In this document: one piece after another, positions 50,781 to 64,000 of the stretch
Position numbering within the stretch: position 1 is the stretch's first letter
How the letters are laid out: each line of letters starts with the position of its first letter
Assembly: GCF_001194135.2 (NCBI RefSeq)
Contig: NC_068994.1
Location: 46,878,871 to 46,942,870, forward strand
Reading direction: 5' to 3'
DNA from: Octopus bimaculoides
Lineage: Eukaryota
Length of the DNA stretch: 64,000 bases
Translations under genes and position numbers: made by a program
The notes under the pieces: generated by a model
What the model was told of the DNA's origin: nothing
Seen by the model: only the letters and a program-made list of their open reading frames with translations
Database searches by the model: none

Positions 50781-52059
50781 CATCATCATCATCATCATCA
50801 TCTTCATTTAACGTCCGTTGTCCATGCTGGCATGGGTTGGAAGGGTTTGACTGGGCTGGCATGCTAGAAGGATGTGCCAGGCTCCATTCTGATTTGGCAT
50901 GGTTTTCTACGGCTGGATGCCCTTCCTAACGCCAACCACTCTGAGAGTGTAATGGGTGTTTTTGCGTGCCATTTGCGTGACACCGGTATCTACCATGACT
51001 GCGATTTTGCTCAGATTGATGAGTTTTCTTCTCAAGCATGACATAATGCCAAAGGTCTTGTCATTGCCTCTGTAAGGCCCAACACTCAATAGGAAATTGG
51101 TCACTTTGCCCCCCATGGGGCCCAATGCTTAAATGGAACTCAGCCACCTTACCTCTGTGAGGATCAGTAAGCATAGGAGCGAGGTAAATGCAGTAAAAAT
51201 TAGGGTGTCAGTGGGGCCCCATTTAAGTGACACTTCAGTAATTGAACCTCCTAAAGATACTCCCTGGGAGTTCATGGTATGAAATTCATTGTCATTGCTC
51301 CAATTTGGTTGCCAATGTCATGTATTTAGTTTAAAATGCAGTAAAAATAGGGGTATCAGTGGGGCTCAAATTAGGCAGCCCTTAAAAAAAATAGCTCACC
51401 TTAGGACATTCCCTGGGAATAGGGGAGTTGCTGGTTTGAGTTTTGTTGTCCTTGCCCCAATGGTCTAGAAGTTAATGAACATAAAGACATAATGCACAGA
51501 GAAACATCATTCAAATTTCTAATAGGATATCTTCATTATCACCATCATCATTTAACATCCGTTTTCCATGCAGGCATGAGTTGGATGGTTTGACAGAAGC
51601 TGGCAAGGCCAGGGGCCACACCAGGCACCATTTTGTGCTCTGGCATGGCTTCTATGCCTGGATGCTCTTCCTAATGCCAACCACTTCACAGAGTGTACTG
51701 GGTGCTTTTTACATGGCACTATCTCCCATGCTTTTTATGTGGCACCATCACCAGTGCTCTTTACATGGCACCAGCACCAGTATCAATTCTGTCTAACCAC
51801 ATGTCTTAACAGCAAGAAACTATTTTGTGGCTAAGAAGCTTGCTTCCCAACCAAGGAAAATCTGCGTGAATGAATTCCATCTGACCCATCCAAGCACGGT
51901 AAAGTGGACGGTAAACAATGATGAAGATGATGATAATGATGTATGTATCATATAATGCAATTTAGGTTTGTACAAAGATGCTGGAAAGATAGCCACCACA
52001 TTTTGAGTGAGATAAAAACAGGAGACAGTGAAACACAAACCATTTTTCTTTGCATTGAT

Positions 52060-52700
52060 TAACTTAGTGATGGTTTTTGAGAAAATCCTATGCTTTGTAG
52101 TCAGTCTGTTGGTGCTGACAAAACTGTGTGTAAATGAGTGGCTTGGGGAAGGAGTTCAAGTGAAGTTCAAGAGCAGAAAGCAGTAAATTCAGAGAACGTT
52201 ATTGAATGCAAATAAGATGTCCAGCAGGGCTCTGTTCTCAAGCCTCCTTGTATTCATTTGTAATAACTGAAGCAACACCATAGGAATTCTTAAATGACAG
52301 TCACCTGATTCTCATAGCAGAATCTGCCTGAAGACTGCACAGAAGAAAAATTCAAAGACATGCGAGATGTCAGTAGAAGCACCCAATGAAATGAAGGCCA
52401 TGTACTGATCAGATGGTTTACAAGAATTAGGAGGTAGTTTCTGTTACCTAGGCGATCTAATTAGTGACAGAAGAAGGCTGTATGCGTGTGTGATATATAT
52501 AATATATAATGAACAAAAAGAAGGGGTTAAGAATTTCAGGAAACTTGTTACCACTTTTGAAATCAAAGGGTTTTTATTTACTTATTTTAGTTTTTTTTTT
52601 TTAATGAAAATGATAAGATTGTATGAAGAATATTATAAGAAGTAAGATGTTGCATATTAGTGAGAAATAGGTACTGAATGTAGAAAATCGGTAAGAAGTA
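52060..52700 (+). mobile_element. Degraded RTE-type LINE RT fragment
   Basis: Heavily mutated remnants of QGSVLSPLLF, SFCYLGD and FRELLPLL-like motifs. Confidence 0.45.
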
Positions 52701-52756
52701 TGGATTTAAAAGGGAATAGACAGATTTTAAAAGGAAATATTACAAGTGAGCTGACA

Positions 52757-52927
52757 GGTGCAGAAGTGGCTGTGTGGTGAGTAGCTTGCTTACCAACCAC
52801 ATGGTTCCGGGTTCAGTCCCACTGTGTGGCACCTTGGGCAAGTGTCTTCTGCTATAGCCTCGGGCCACCCAAAGCCTTGTGAGTGGATTTGGTAGATGGA
52901 AACTGAAAGAAGCCTGTCGTATATATG

Positions 52928-52960
<33 letters not shown>

Positions 52961-53148
52961 TTGTCCCCCCAATATCGCTTGACAACCGATGCTGGTGTGT
53001 TTACGTCCCCGTAACTTAGCGGTTCGGCAAAAAAGACCGATAGAATAAGTACTAGGCTTACAAAGAATAAGTCCTGGGGTCGATTTGCTCGACTAAAGGC
53101 GGTGCTCCAGCATGGCCACAGTCAAATGACTGAAACAAGTAAAAGAGT
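52757..53148 (+). mobile_element. Full-length tRNA-derived SINE (most abundant family in the window)
   Basis: A-box tggctgtgtgg, B-box ggttcagtcc, gcaccttgggcaagtgtc core, internal (TA)/(TG) run, tail ...gactgaaacaagtaaaaga. More than 15 full or partial copies in the window. Confidence 0.85.
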
Positions 53149-53664
53149 AGTTAAACATCAAAAACATGAGACTATGTGTGTGTGTGCAGGAGAGACAGCT
53201 GTGCTGAGAATGATATCATGTGAATGAACAATACCTGCTGGGTGAAAATATTGTTTTGGACCAGTCTGTCAGTTATGGATGATATCCCTTTATCTCCAAG
53301 GCTGAGGAAGACTGAATAAGACTGTTGGTGGTGGTGAGACTGGATTTCTGGATCATGGAGTATCAGTGAACATAGAGCATTGATAATATGCTGTGCAGCA
53401 GAACCCTTCAATCCAAATTAAAATACCTTGTACATTTTTTTCTTTTTTACTTGTTTCAGTCATTTGACTGCGGCCATGCTGGGGCACCGCCTTGAGGGGT
53501 TTTGGCAAAACAAATTGATCCCTGTACACATATTTTAGGATTGATTCTTATTCTGTCACTCTCTTTATGCTTAACTGTTAAGTTATGGGTATGTCAGGTA
53601 ACAGAGGGAAAAATACAAACCCAAACACACACCTATCTATCTACCTACCTACCTACCTACCTAC

Positions 53665-53697
<33 letters not shown>

Positions 53698-54109
53698 CAT
53701 CTATCTATCTGTTTGTCTGTCTATATATCTATATCGATATCTATGTGTGTGTGGGTGTGGGTGCGCAGCCTCAGGGCTGAAACATATAAAAGAATAAAAG
53801 AATATACGACAGGCTTCTTTCAGTTTCCGTCTATCAAATCCACTCACAAGGCTTTGGTCAGCCTGGGGCTATGGTACAAGACACTTTCGCAAGATGCCAC
53901 TTTAGTGGGACTGAAACCAGAACTATGTGATTGAGAAGCAAATTTCTTACCACACAGCCACGTCTGCATCCCTTATATTTATGACGACGACGACGACGAC
54001 AAAGATCGTTATCTCACTTATTAAGTTTGTTGACATGCTCAGTCAAATTCAACAATGTTTTCCATTCGTAATAGCAAGAACACAAACAAAAGATCATCTC
54101 TTACTGTTA

Positions 54110-54324
54110 CTACATGTGTGTGTGTGTGTGTGTGTGTATTTCTGTGTATGTATATGTATGCATAGATGTATGTATGTATGTATGTGTATATATACGTGCG
54201 TGAATATGTGTGTATATATATATGCTTGTGAATATGTGTACGTATATGTATGTTTGTGAATGTGTATGTGTGCATGCATGTATATGCATGTATGTGTGTA
54301 TGTATATGCATGTATGTGTATGTG

Positions 54325-54391
<67 letters not shown>

Positions 54392-54530
54392 CCATACACA
54401 TATATATATGCATGTATGTGTATATGTATCTATGTGTGTGTATGTATGCATGTATATGTACGTACCTACTCACACTCAAAAGCGCACACACACACGCACG
54501 CACATACGCACACACGAACACACCCTCACG
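54110..54530. repeat. Compound (TG)/(TA)/(CA) microsatellite
   Basis: Long dinucleotide and tatg/tgta runs; representative of many such tracts in the window. Confidence 0.85.
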
Positions 54531-56950
54531 CACACCGTCGCGAACACACAATTTGTCAAAAATCCGATGCAGATCAACGAATAAAAGTTGGGAGGTGGGG
54601 AGGGCGAGTCTGGTGTATTGAAATTACTAAAACATTACCGACACAAAAAGAAAAAGAAAAAAAAAACCAGAAAGGAAGAAAGAAAAGAAAGGAGAATGAA
54701 ACGAAGAATAACAAACGAAAAAAAAAAAAAACCATAAAGAATGCTTCACGAATAAATATATATCAGACTTCTACATAACTGATGACATACATGTTCGAAA
54801 CCGTTTCTAATTTCACTAGCTATGGATAATGAGTATAACACTTTCCCCATTCTTACTAACATCAAACACACCTAACAAAAATTATAATAGGCATTATATA
54901 GATATATTATACATAAAAATGTGTTACATAATATATGTGTATTTATATGTATTGCGTACTAAGAGTGCAAGCTAACTTATGGGAAGAAAAAGGTAACGAG
55001 TAGGACCCAATCAAGGGTCACCCACACTAATAACACATCCCTTTTTTTTTTTTTTTTTTGTCACGAACGAATCGACAACAGGGCACCTTTCCGTGTGTGA
55101 TCACTCAATCTGCTAGAGAGAGCAGTCAGATCTCCCCTCAAATCACGTCCCTGCCTTTTTATCAAAAAGAAAAGAAAAAAAAGAGGGAGAGGGTTGAAAA
55201 GAAAGGAGCACATCGAATAATGTGATTCTAGATACACTATATCAGAACAGAAGACGGACTGAACTGTTCACGGTTGGAACAATTTTGATCAAAGATCATG
55301 CTCGACCAAGGCTGACCTGGGGTTAAATAAGATCAGCATCACCAGCAACAATAATCATTAAGAGGGCTGCACACCATAGATTGCATAAGTCCTAGATAGT
55401 CAGATAGACAGGATGGTCACCCATGGAATACCTTTGATTATTGGTCAACTACATCAAGGTTGATCTGGAGCTAAGTAAAGCATGTGTTAGAGAATATAGA
55501 ACATAGGGATAATAAGGAATAGTAACTGATTAAGGGTCAACTACCCTTATAAAACAGCCATTATTTTACGAGTGAACCTTCGAAAGAGAGCATCCAAAAG
55601 CCGCTCATTTTGCTTGAAAGAGCAGCTAAATTTCCCTCAAATCATACCCAACGAGTCTCAAAAGGGCACATTGGCTACTGCGATCCCAGATAGACAAGAA
55701 ACTGGATGGTCACTGCTGGAACGCAATTGACAAAAGATCCACTTTATCAAAGCTGACCAGGGGAGTTATGAACAACGACTCCGTTATTTATTTATTTATT
55801 TTTTTGACATTTCATTATTATTTCGCCGATGTTAACTTTGCCTTTTTTTTTTCCTTTCGGGGTCGATAAAATAAAGTACCAATCAAGTACCGGGATCGAT
55901 GTAATCGACCAGACCCCCTCCCCCAAATTTAAGGCTTTGTGCTTATATTAGATAGAAACAAGTATTTTTATTATGTAATTAGATACAATAGTTGAAAACG
56001 ATGCAAACATAGGGTTAATAATGAATAGAAAGTAAAAGGTTCGTCCAAATTTGTGAACCCCATCATTTTACAAGACGAAGAGCGTGCATCTCTACGCAGT
56101 GGCACAGTCCCCCCCCCCCAAAAAAAAACCAACAGCAGTTAAATCTCCCCCAAATCACACTTTTACCGTCTTAAAATGGGAAGAACACATTAAATAATGT
56201 AATCTTCTAGATATATATTTATGTGCCAAAAACAGACGGAAGGGCCACGGCAAGAAAGGCTCTCTATCTGGAGTTAAAAAAAAGAAAAGAAAAGCATCAT
56301 AAGAAAATATTAAACAAAAAAATTAAAAAGAACAAAATAATAAGTGGTAATTTAGTGTAGCGCAAAATGCTTCTCTGAAAGACTACATGTAGTAGTTGAA
56401 GAATTAACATGTATATGATTCTCTGTGAATGCTGTACACAAGTGGCAGGATACAGGAGGAGGGGGGAAAGAAAGGGGTGTAGAGTAAGAAGAAAAAGAGG
56501 GTCACAACACATTGTATGTACGACGCATCTAGTGTGTATGTATGTGTGGAACTATCTATATGTATGTAGATATGTGTGTGTATGTGTGTGTGTGAGTGTC
56601 TATGTATGAGTAAGTATAATTTACGTTTCAGATTTGTTGCAAAGCGTAGTCCAATGCATTAATACATATACACATATCTATTTGCCTTCTCTCTCCCCCT
56701 CTCTTTATCCATCCTCTCTCTCTCTCTATATATATATATATTTATATATATTTGCTTTTACGTAACTCCATATTTATTAGGGGAATAGTAGTTTGTGCAT
56801 TTGTGATGCTGGTGTTTTTTTTATCAGTGAAAACAATCCCATTACTCATTACTTATAGTATAATAAATGGAATAGATCCTAAATGCGAATATATATATCT
56901 AGATAGATAGATAGATAGATAGATAGAGATAGAAAGAGATGACTCTAGAA

Positions 56951-56990
<40 letters not shown>

Positions 56991-57184
56991 GTATGATTGC
57001 ATAGATAAATATAGATAAGATAGACTGACAAGCGATGTGTAAATATGTGTTTCTATGTATGTGGGTGTATGTGTATGCTTCTATATTATCTGAGTGTGTG
57101 TGTGTGTGCGTGCGTGTTTAGGTTTGAACTGTCAAGGGAGATAATCGAGCGGAAGTTAGACTCGGATTATTAGCAGATGGACTG

Positions 57185-57463
57185 CGCGCATGCGCAGTCG
57201 CCTATTTTGTTTCTCCTCGTCGCGCCAGATGTAGACGGTCGATCCTCGCTCCAAGTGGGATTATTTTATTTTTTTGTTTCGGGGGCCTCCCGCTCCGTCA
57301 TAAAGGATACCATTTTTTTTTGAAGAGGAAAATCGAACAAACCTCGAAATATAAAGTTGTCAAAAAAAACAAAAAGTAATTCAAGGAAAAAGATATAAAA
57401 TTAAATGCAGCAATAGTTAATAACCCAGATGTATTTACTCTCGTGGTTTTTGGCCGAAAAAAG
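57185..57463 (+). promoter_or_regulatory. CpG-rich promoter-like island with NRF1 motif and candidate first exon of an unidentified gene
   Basis: CGCGCATGCGCA at 57185-57196 matches the NRF1 consensus YGCGCAYGCGCR. CpG-rich unique sequence follows, with donor AAG|gtaaga at 57463/57464. Confidence 0.5.
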
Positions 57464-60259
57464 GTAAGACGTTTTATCAATGTTATTATTATTGATCCGA
57501 GTTCAAACCCTGTCGGTGCCAACTTTTGCCTTTCAGCCTTCCAAAGGATTAATGAAATAATATACCAGTCAAATACTGAGGTCGATATAACTGACTTGAC
57601 CCCCTCCTTTCTCCCCACCAAATATGTGGCCTTGTGCCTATGTTAGAAATCATTATCATTATTATTATTATTATAAGAACCGATTATTATTTATTTACAT
57701 TATGACTCCATTTTTCGCTAACATCCTTTTTAGGGGTCGATAAATTAAACTACTTGTCATGTACCGGATTTAATTTGACCATCCATGCACCTCCCTTAAA
57801 ATTGTGTCCTTGTGCCTGTTGTGAAAGAAATTAACCTTATATTATTCTGAATTCAAAATCTTGCCCAAGTTCACTATCACCGTTCCTGAGATCAATAAAG
57901 AAAGTACCAGTAATATTAGTAGGGTCGATTTAATCGACTACCCCCTTCTTCCCAACAAATCGTTTGACCCTTGAATATCTATGTTAGAAATCATTCTTTG
58001 ATCATTATTGTTGTTGTTGTATATGTCAGCCTTATGTTATTGTTTATTAAATTTTTTGTTGTTGTTGCTGTGTGCGAAATGCTTCGTTCGTGTGGATGCA
58101 TGTTTGTTTGATCTTCATGTATGTTTATTTGTCTTCGTGTGTGTGTGTTTGCATGTGTTTGTGATACCAGCTTTTTTAAGTAAAATGTGTTTTGTGGTCG
58201 TTTCCCCAGTCCCATGTTGTCGATATGACAGTTTGACATCACACCAAAATGATACGTGTGTGTGTGTGAGTACAGATACATTTTCTTGCATTCGCATATA
58301 CACAACCATAACATTGGTCGTGATGGCGGCGGTGTTGATGTTTGTCGTGATGCGGATGATGATGTTATTGTTTAGCTTTAAGTCAACTTTGATATTGAGT
58401 AGAGCAATGATAAAAAGACATTCCAGCCGTGATCACTATGTCGTTTATCAAGATTTAGTGCATTCTAAGACCACATTATATAACGTGTCCTTTCATAAAT
58501 ACTGTAGACTGATTTGAGGGAGCTTTAGCTACAATTTCTTGTAAGAAGGACCCTGGTTGGCTTCTTCATGCGGATGGCATTTGTTGGTGTGTGCCAATGA
58601 ATGGGGTGTTGAGTACTGCTTGGTTTAGCGTTTACTAGTGATTTGGGTGGTGCGTTGGTGGTATTACTGGTATGGGGATGGTATTTGTGGTAGTGCTATT
58701 TATGATGTGGTGGCCATGGTGTGACGTTAAGGGTGTAGTGCTATCAGTGTTTTGCATTAAACGATGTGGGAATGGTGATTAAGATGTATGATGTTACGGA
58801 GGTTATGGTTTAAATGATGTGGTGATTGTAGTGGGGTGTGGTGTTCATGGAAGCTGTAATGCTATGGTGTGGTGACAGGGCTTTGACAATGTGAGGGCTT
58901 GTGGTGGTGATAAATGGTATGACACTATCAGAGGCGAGTGGAGGGAAGGCATTAATGGGGTAATAGTCGTGGTGGAGCAATTAATGTTCGTGTTCGTGGA
59001 GGCTGTAGTTGTGATATTAATGATGTTGTATGACATGTAGCGAAAATAATATTGTTTATCCCAAAACTGATCGAGCAGACCTTTGATGAAAGGCATTCCA
59101 TCCGTGTCCGTTCCGTCGTTTTCCCATACAGGGGAAACCAATGCCGCATTCGTCCATAGGAATTAGTGAGGAATATTTGGCTGCTACTTTTAGCAGATTG
59201 AGTGACCACGTAGAGGCGTTCCTGATGACTTCGCTAATACTGATGTGGTGGCTGTGATCGCCATATATTAATAGTGTTTTAGTTGTGGTGGTGGTGGTGG
59301 GGGGGGTTAGTGACTGACTGTTGTGTTATTAATGGTGTCATGTTAGTAGAGGTGGTGTTGATGTTAATAGCGGAATTCGAACTCCAATGTCATAGTATGT
59401 GTAGCGATGGAAATGTAGTCTGTACATCGAGCCAACGTGGTGGGCGCCCTCTACATAGTTGCTGGTATTGTTTAACCCCAGGCCATCGATCTGATCAAAG
59501 ATGTTCTGTTCGTTATCATCCCGCCTTTTCGTTTTGTACATTGAAGATTACACTGTTCAGTGTGTCATCTTTCTTCTTTCGTTTTTTTTTAAATCAATAG
59601 GATGAGATTTAGTTGCTATTTCTTGTAGGTCGAGCGATTGCATAGAGAGGCTTTCTCCGACGTTCATCGTACAAGATATATCGGCTAAATCTTCATCTTT
59701 GTCCACACCCTTAGTGTTTTAATAAATGGAGGATGCATTGGATAGTCTAAGGAACACAATGCGCGTGAAAGAAAAAAACAAAAAAAAAAGATGAAATCCT
59801 GCATGGAATACCTTTGATCATCGATCTATTCGATCAGGGCTGACCTGAAGTTAAACAACAGCAAACTCATCCATCTCACATCATTCTTTGCTCATCTCTC
59901 TATATAACAATCACCCTCCATTTATATGGGTGTATAGAACACGTACTTACCACACAATCTTCCAAATAATATTCGTTTCCCACTAATATCTGTTTAAGAA
60001 TCATGCTACATTTGTAGCCTCCGCTCATAGGTATGTTACATGTGTATGTAGCTATGTTCGTATGTGTATGCATACATACATACATGCATACATACATAAA
60101 CACACACACATAGAGGGACTTCAAGTTTCGCCTATGGCAGGCTTAACCCTACACTTATGTTTAAATACTAAACACATGTGTGTATTATATATATATACGT
60201 ATACATACACACACATACACGCTTGTATAGGAAACTATACAAATATACATGTATAATAT

Positions 60260-60303
<44 letters not shown>

Positions 60304-60378
60304 NNNNNNNNNNNNNNNNNNNNNNNNNNNNNNNNNNNNNNNNNNNNNNNNNNNNNNNNNNNNNNNNNNNNNNNNNNN

Positions 60379-60417
<39 letters not shown>

Positions 60418-61725
60418 GTGTGTGTACACACCAACACACGTATATATGTGTATATGCATATCCTGTGTATATGTATGTGTGCCCACCCGTGACGCCACCA
60501 CGCCGTCAGTCTGTCTGTCACACAGACAAACAGTTGGAAAGAAGAGTTAGTTTTTGCAGATGTCTAACGATGTGGTTGCGATGGTTCTCTTCCCCTCTCT
60601 AACCCCGCATTCTCTATCTTTCTCTCATCACTGAGTGTGTGTGTATATATATGTATATATATGTACATGTGTGTATGTATGTGTCTGTGTGTATCTATTT
60701 TGAGTCCACTGAAAATAGCCCGCCCCTCACCTCAGTACAATGTATGTGTGAATGTTAATTCCCTATCTTCGCTTTTAAACTAAGCCTCTACGAAACTATT
60801 GAAGTAAGCCGACCTCTTCATACCTTCATATATGTGTATGTTTATCTACATAATTATTATTTATGTATATTTGTATGTATATATATATATATATATATGT
60901 GTGTGTACGTATGAGTAATATACGCGTGAATGTATGTATATATATATATGTGTGTGTGTGTATATCTATCTATATATATATATCTCTATATATATATATA
61001 TATACACACATATATATGCAAACATACATTTTTCATGGCTGTTCTTTTACAGGTTTGGCTAATACTACACCATTTTCAAATTATGTTGTATGAATGTGTA
61101 TACAGACATACACACACACATATATATATACATGCACACACATGCAAGTGCGTACATATGTATTCTTATATGTCATGCTTTCATTATTAGCTTGTTTTAA
61201 ATCGCGCTTTTAAAAGCAAACGTAAACAATGTGCGTGTGTACCTAAAAATAATTATACACACGCGCACGTTTGTACTTCCAAATATATACTTCCCTATTA
61301 GAATTAGCCGACCTCTCACTGGAACAATGAACGCACGTTATATTTATATATATATGTCTACTTTATGTTTGCTGTCTGTAAACACAGACATTTGTGTGTG
61401 TGTATGTGTGTGTTTCGTTTATGTAATTGCATAGTTATACGCGTGCATGTATATTCATTTATAATTTGTTACAGTATTTGGGTTGTGGCTATGCTGGGGC
61501 ACCGCCTTGATGGGTAATAGCCGAACGAATCGGCTCCCAGTACACTTTTTTTTAAGGCCTGGTCTCTTGCTGAACCGCTAAGTTCACGGGAACGTAAATA
61601 AACCAACACTGGTTGTCAAGCGGAGATGAGGACACACACATATATACAAACACGAGTGAGTGGAGAAACGAAAGAAGGGCACTCAACAGATTTAATTGGA
61701 GTTACATGTATGATCCATATATATA

Positions 61726-62092
61726 GGCTGTGTGGTAAGAAGCTTGCTTCCCAACCACATGGTTCCTGGTTCAGCCCTACTGCGAGGCACTTTGGGCGAG
61801 GGCGAGTGTCTTCTACCAAAGCCTTGTGAGTGGATTTGGTAGACGGAAACTGAAAGAAGCCCGTCGTATATATGTATGTGTGTGTTTGTTATTTGTGTCT
61901 GTGTTTGTCCCCCGCCATCGCTTGACAACTGATGCTGGTGTGTTTACGGCCCCGTAACTTAGCGTTTCGGCAAAAGAGCCCAATAAGATAAGTACTAGGC
62001 TAACAAAAAATTAGTCCTGGGGTCGATTTGTTCGACTAAAGGTGGTGCTCCAGCATGGCCTCAGTCAAATGACTGAAACAAGTAAAAGAATA
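61726..62092 (+). mobile_element. Full-length copy of the same SINE family
   Basis: Collinear with 52757-53148. Confidence 0.85.
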
Positions 62093-62111
62093 TATATATG
62101 TATAGACATAT

Positions 62112-62161
<50 letters not shown>

Positions 62162-62901
62162 TTATATACACATATATACATACACACTTATATATATATA
62201 TAAAATATACGACGTCTACCAAATCCGTTCACAAGGCTTTGGTAGGCCAGGGGCTATAGTACAAGACACTACCCAAAATGCCAAGCAGTGGAACTGAACT
62301 CGGAACCATATGGCTTAGAAGCAAACCTCTTACGATACACCCACGCCTGCGCCTATTCATGTGTATACTTGTAGTTTTAAAAAAAGTATCTGTTAGACAT
62401 GTTTAAGTCTGTGGGGTTAGCAAACGGTGCTCAGCGGCGCACTTGGTTGCCGCGAAATGTAGTTAGATGCAAAAGTATTACTAAATAATGATCTGTTTAA
62501 AATTCAGATTAATACAAACTGAATACCAAATATAAATGAAGAAATCAGTATTTAATTTTACTGTTTAAATTTAGACTAAAATGTATCAATACCTCCTTTT
62601 TTTTTTATTGAATGCATTTTTTTTTTTTTTTCATTTTGTCATTAAGATCGCTTTACCTAACCATGAGGTTATGCGTTCAGTCTCATTGCGCGGCAGCTTG
62701 AGCTAATATCTTCTACTCTAGCCCTAGTCCGACAAAAGCCTTGCTTTGGATATGGTAGGTGGTAATTAAAAGCCCGTTATGTGTGTGTGTGTCCCATCAC
62801 TTGACAACCAGTGTTGGTTTGTTTACGTCCCGGTCAATTAGCGGTTCGGCAAGAGACCGATAGAATATCAGGCGTACTGGAGTTAATTTATTCGACTAAA
62901 G

Positions 62902-63068
62902 CAGTGGTTCTCAATTTTTTTTTTTTGCCTCTGGACATCTTTGATTCCCATTTTACTCAGAGGGGTGATTCCCCCCCCTCCTCCAACAGCCATTCGATGT
63001 CCAAAAACTTATATTTTTGTGATTAAATATCATTAGGACCTTTATTTATTTGCTATTTGACTGTGGCC
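62902..63068. mobile_element. Left end of a hAT-type MITE (cagtggttctcaa), running into an N gap
   Basis: CAGTGG-type TIR inserted immediately after gactaaag of a SINE 3' segment; the right end is not visible. Confidence 0.5.
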
Positions 63069-63647
63069 NNNNNNNNNNNNNNNNNNNNNNNNNNNNNNNN
63101 NNNNNNNNNNNNNNNNNNNNNNNNNNNNNNNNNNNNNNNNNNNNNNNNNNNNNNNNNNNNNNNNNNNNNNNNNNNNNNNNNNNNNNNNNNNNNNNNNNNN
63201 NNNNNNNNNNNNNNNNNNNNNNNNNNNNNNNNNNNNNNNNNNNNNNNNNNNNNNNNNNNNNNNNNNNNNNNNNNNNNNNNNNNNNNNNNNNNNNNNNNNN
63301 NNNNNNNNNNNNNNNNNNNNNNNNNNNNNNNNNNNNNNNNNNNNNNNNNNNNNNNNNNNNNNNNNNNNNNNNNNNNNNNNNNNNNNNNNNNNNNNNNNNN
63401 NNNNNNNNNNNNNNNNNNNNNNNNNNNNNNNNNNNNNNNNNNNNNNNNNNNNNNNNNNNNNNNNNNNNNNNNNNNNNNNNNNNNNNNNNNNNNNNNNNNN
63501 NNNNNNNNNNNNNNNNNNNNNNNNNNNNNNNNNNNNNNNNNNNNNNNNNNNNNNNNNNNNNNNNNNNNNNNNNAAATCCAATCACGAAGGGTTACACAGA
63601 AAGCAGAGTTCTACTGGGTCCTGCCTCAACTGTAGCCATAAATTTCA

Positions 63648-63767
63648 GGTAAATTTTCAGATTAACACCCGCACGATTTTCACTAGGGTGTTAGGGTTTT
63701 AGGGTCAGGGTTAGTGTTAGGGTTTTAGGGTTAGGTAATCGTGCGGGTGTTAATCTGAAAATTTACC
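63648..63767. repeat. Perfect 31-bp inverted repeat enclosing degenerate TTAGGG repeats
   Basis: ggtaaattttcagattaacacccgcacgatt (63648-63678) and its reverse complement (63737-63767) flank tagggtgttagggttttagggtcagggttagtgttagggttttagggttagg. Confidence 0.88.
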
Positions 63768-64000
63768 AAATTTCATTCCAAAATTGGTCTAATAAACCAC
63801 TTTAGGACCCCAAAAGTGTAAAGCTGATAATCTGATCATCTTCAGACATGAAGGACGAACATAATAATAATAATAATAATAATAATAAGATAATTGTAAT
63901 CTACAGTACTTAAAACAATACTTATCCGAAGAAATTAGGGATTTTGGCACGCGAAGTAATTTCCGACTCTATTGCATAGGAATGCCAGCTATACACAACC

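Noticed and set aside
53927-54778. Several 100-170 aa ORFs rich in Y/I/C/V/H/T
   Set aside because: Translations of dinucleotide microsatellites.
60559-60633. ttttgcag|ATG acceptor-like site followed by a 24-aa ORF
   Set aside because: Could be exon 2 of the 57.4-kb gene, but there is no homology or convincing donor, so it is unsupported.

Overview
AT-rich, microsatellite- and SINE-laden animal genomic DNA from a gapped draft assembly. It is inferred to be octopus or another coleoid cephalopod from the repeat landscape, which is not proven. Three spliced protein-coding genes were reconstructed by hand with canonical GT-AG junctions. (1) GADD45GIP1/CRIF1 (mitoribosomal mL64), + strand, 2 exons, 297..751 and 3164..3455, 248 aa. 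(2) A 948-aa gene on the - strand with 7 coding exons between 21085 and 9759. It joins a PRDM10-like zinc knuckle and PR/SET domain to a six-finger C2H2 array matching vertebrate PLAG fingers 2-7. (3) CHCHD7/COX23, + strand, 3 exons, 34843..39980, 112 aa, lying head-to-head with gene 2 as PLAG1 and CHCHD7 do in human. A CpG-rich promoter-like island with an NRF1 motif and a splice donor at about 57.2-57.5 kb suggests the 5' end of a fourth gene. The rest is repeats: tRNA-derived SINEs, RTE and Penelope-like remnants, Tc1/mariner and hAT elements (including a triple nest), fold-back elements (two with telomere-type repeats), minisatellites and simple repeats. No rRNA, genuine tRNA or CRISPR was found.
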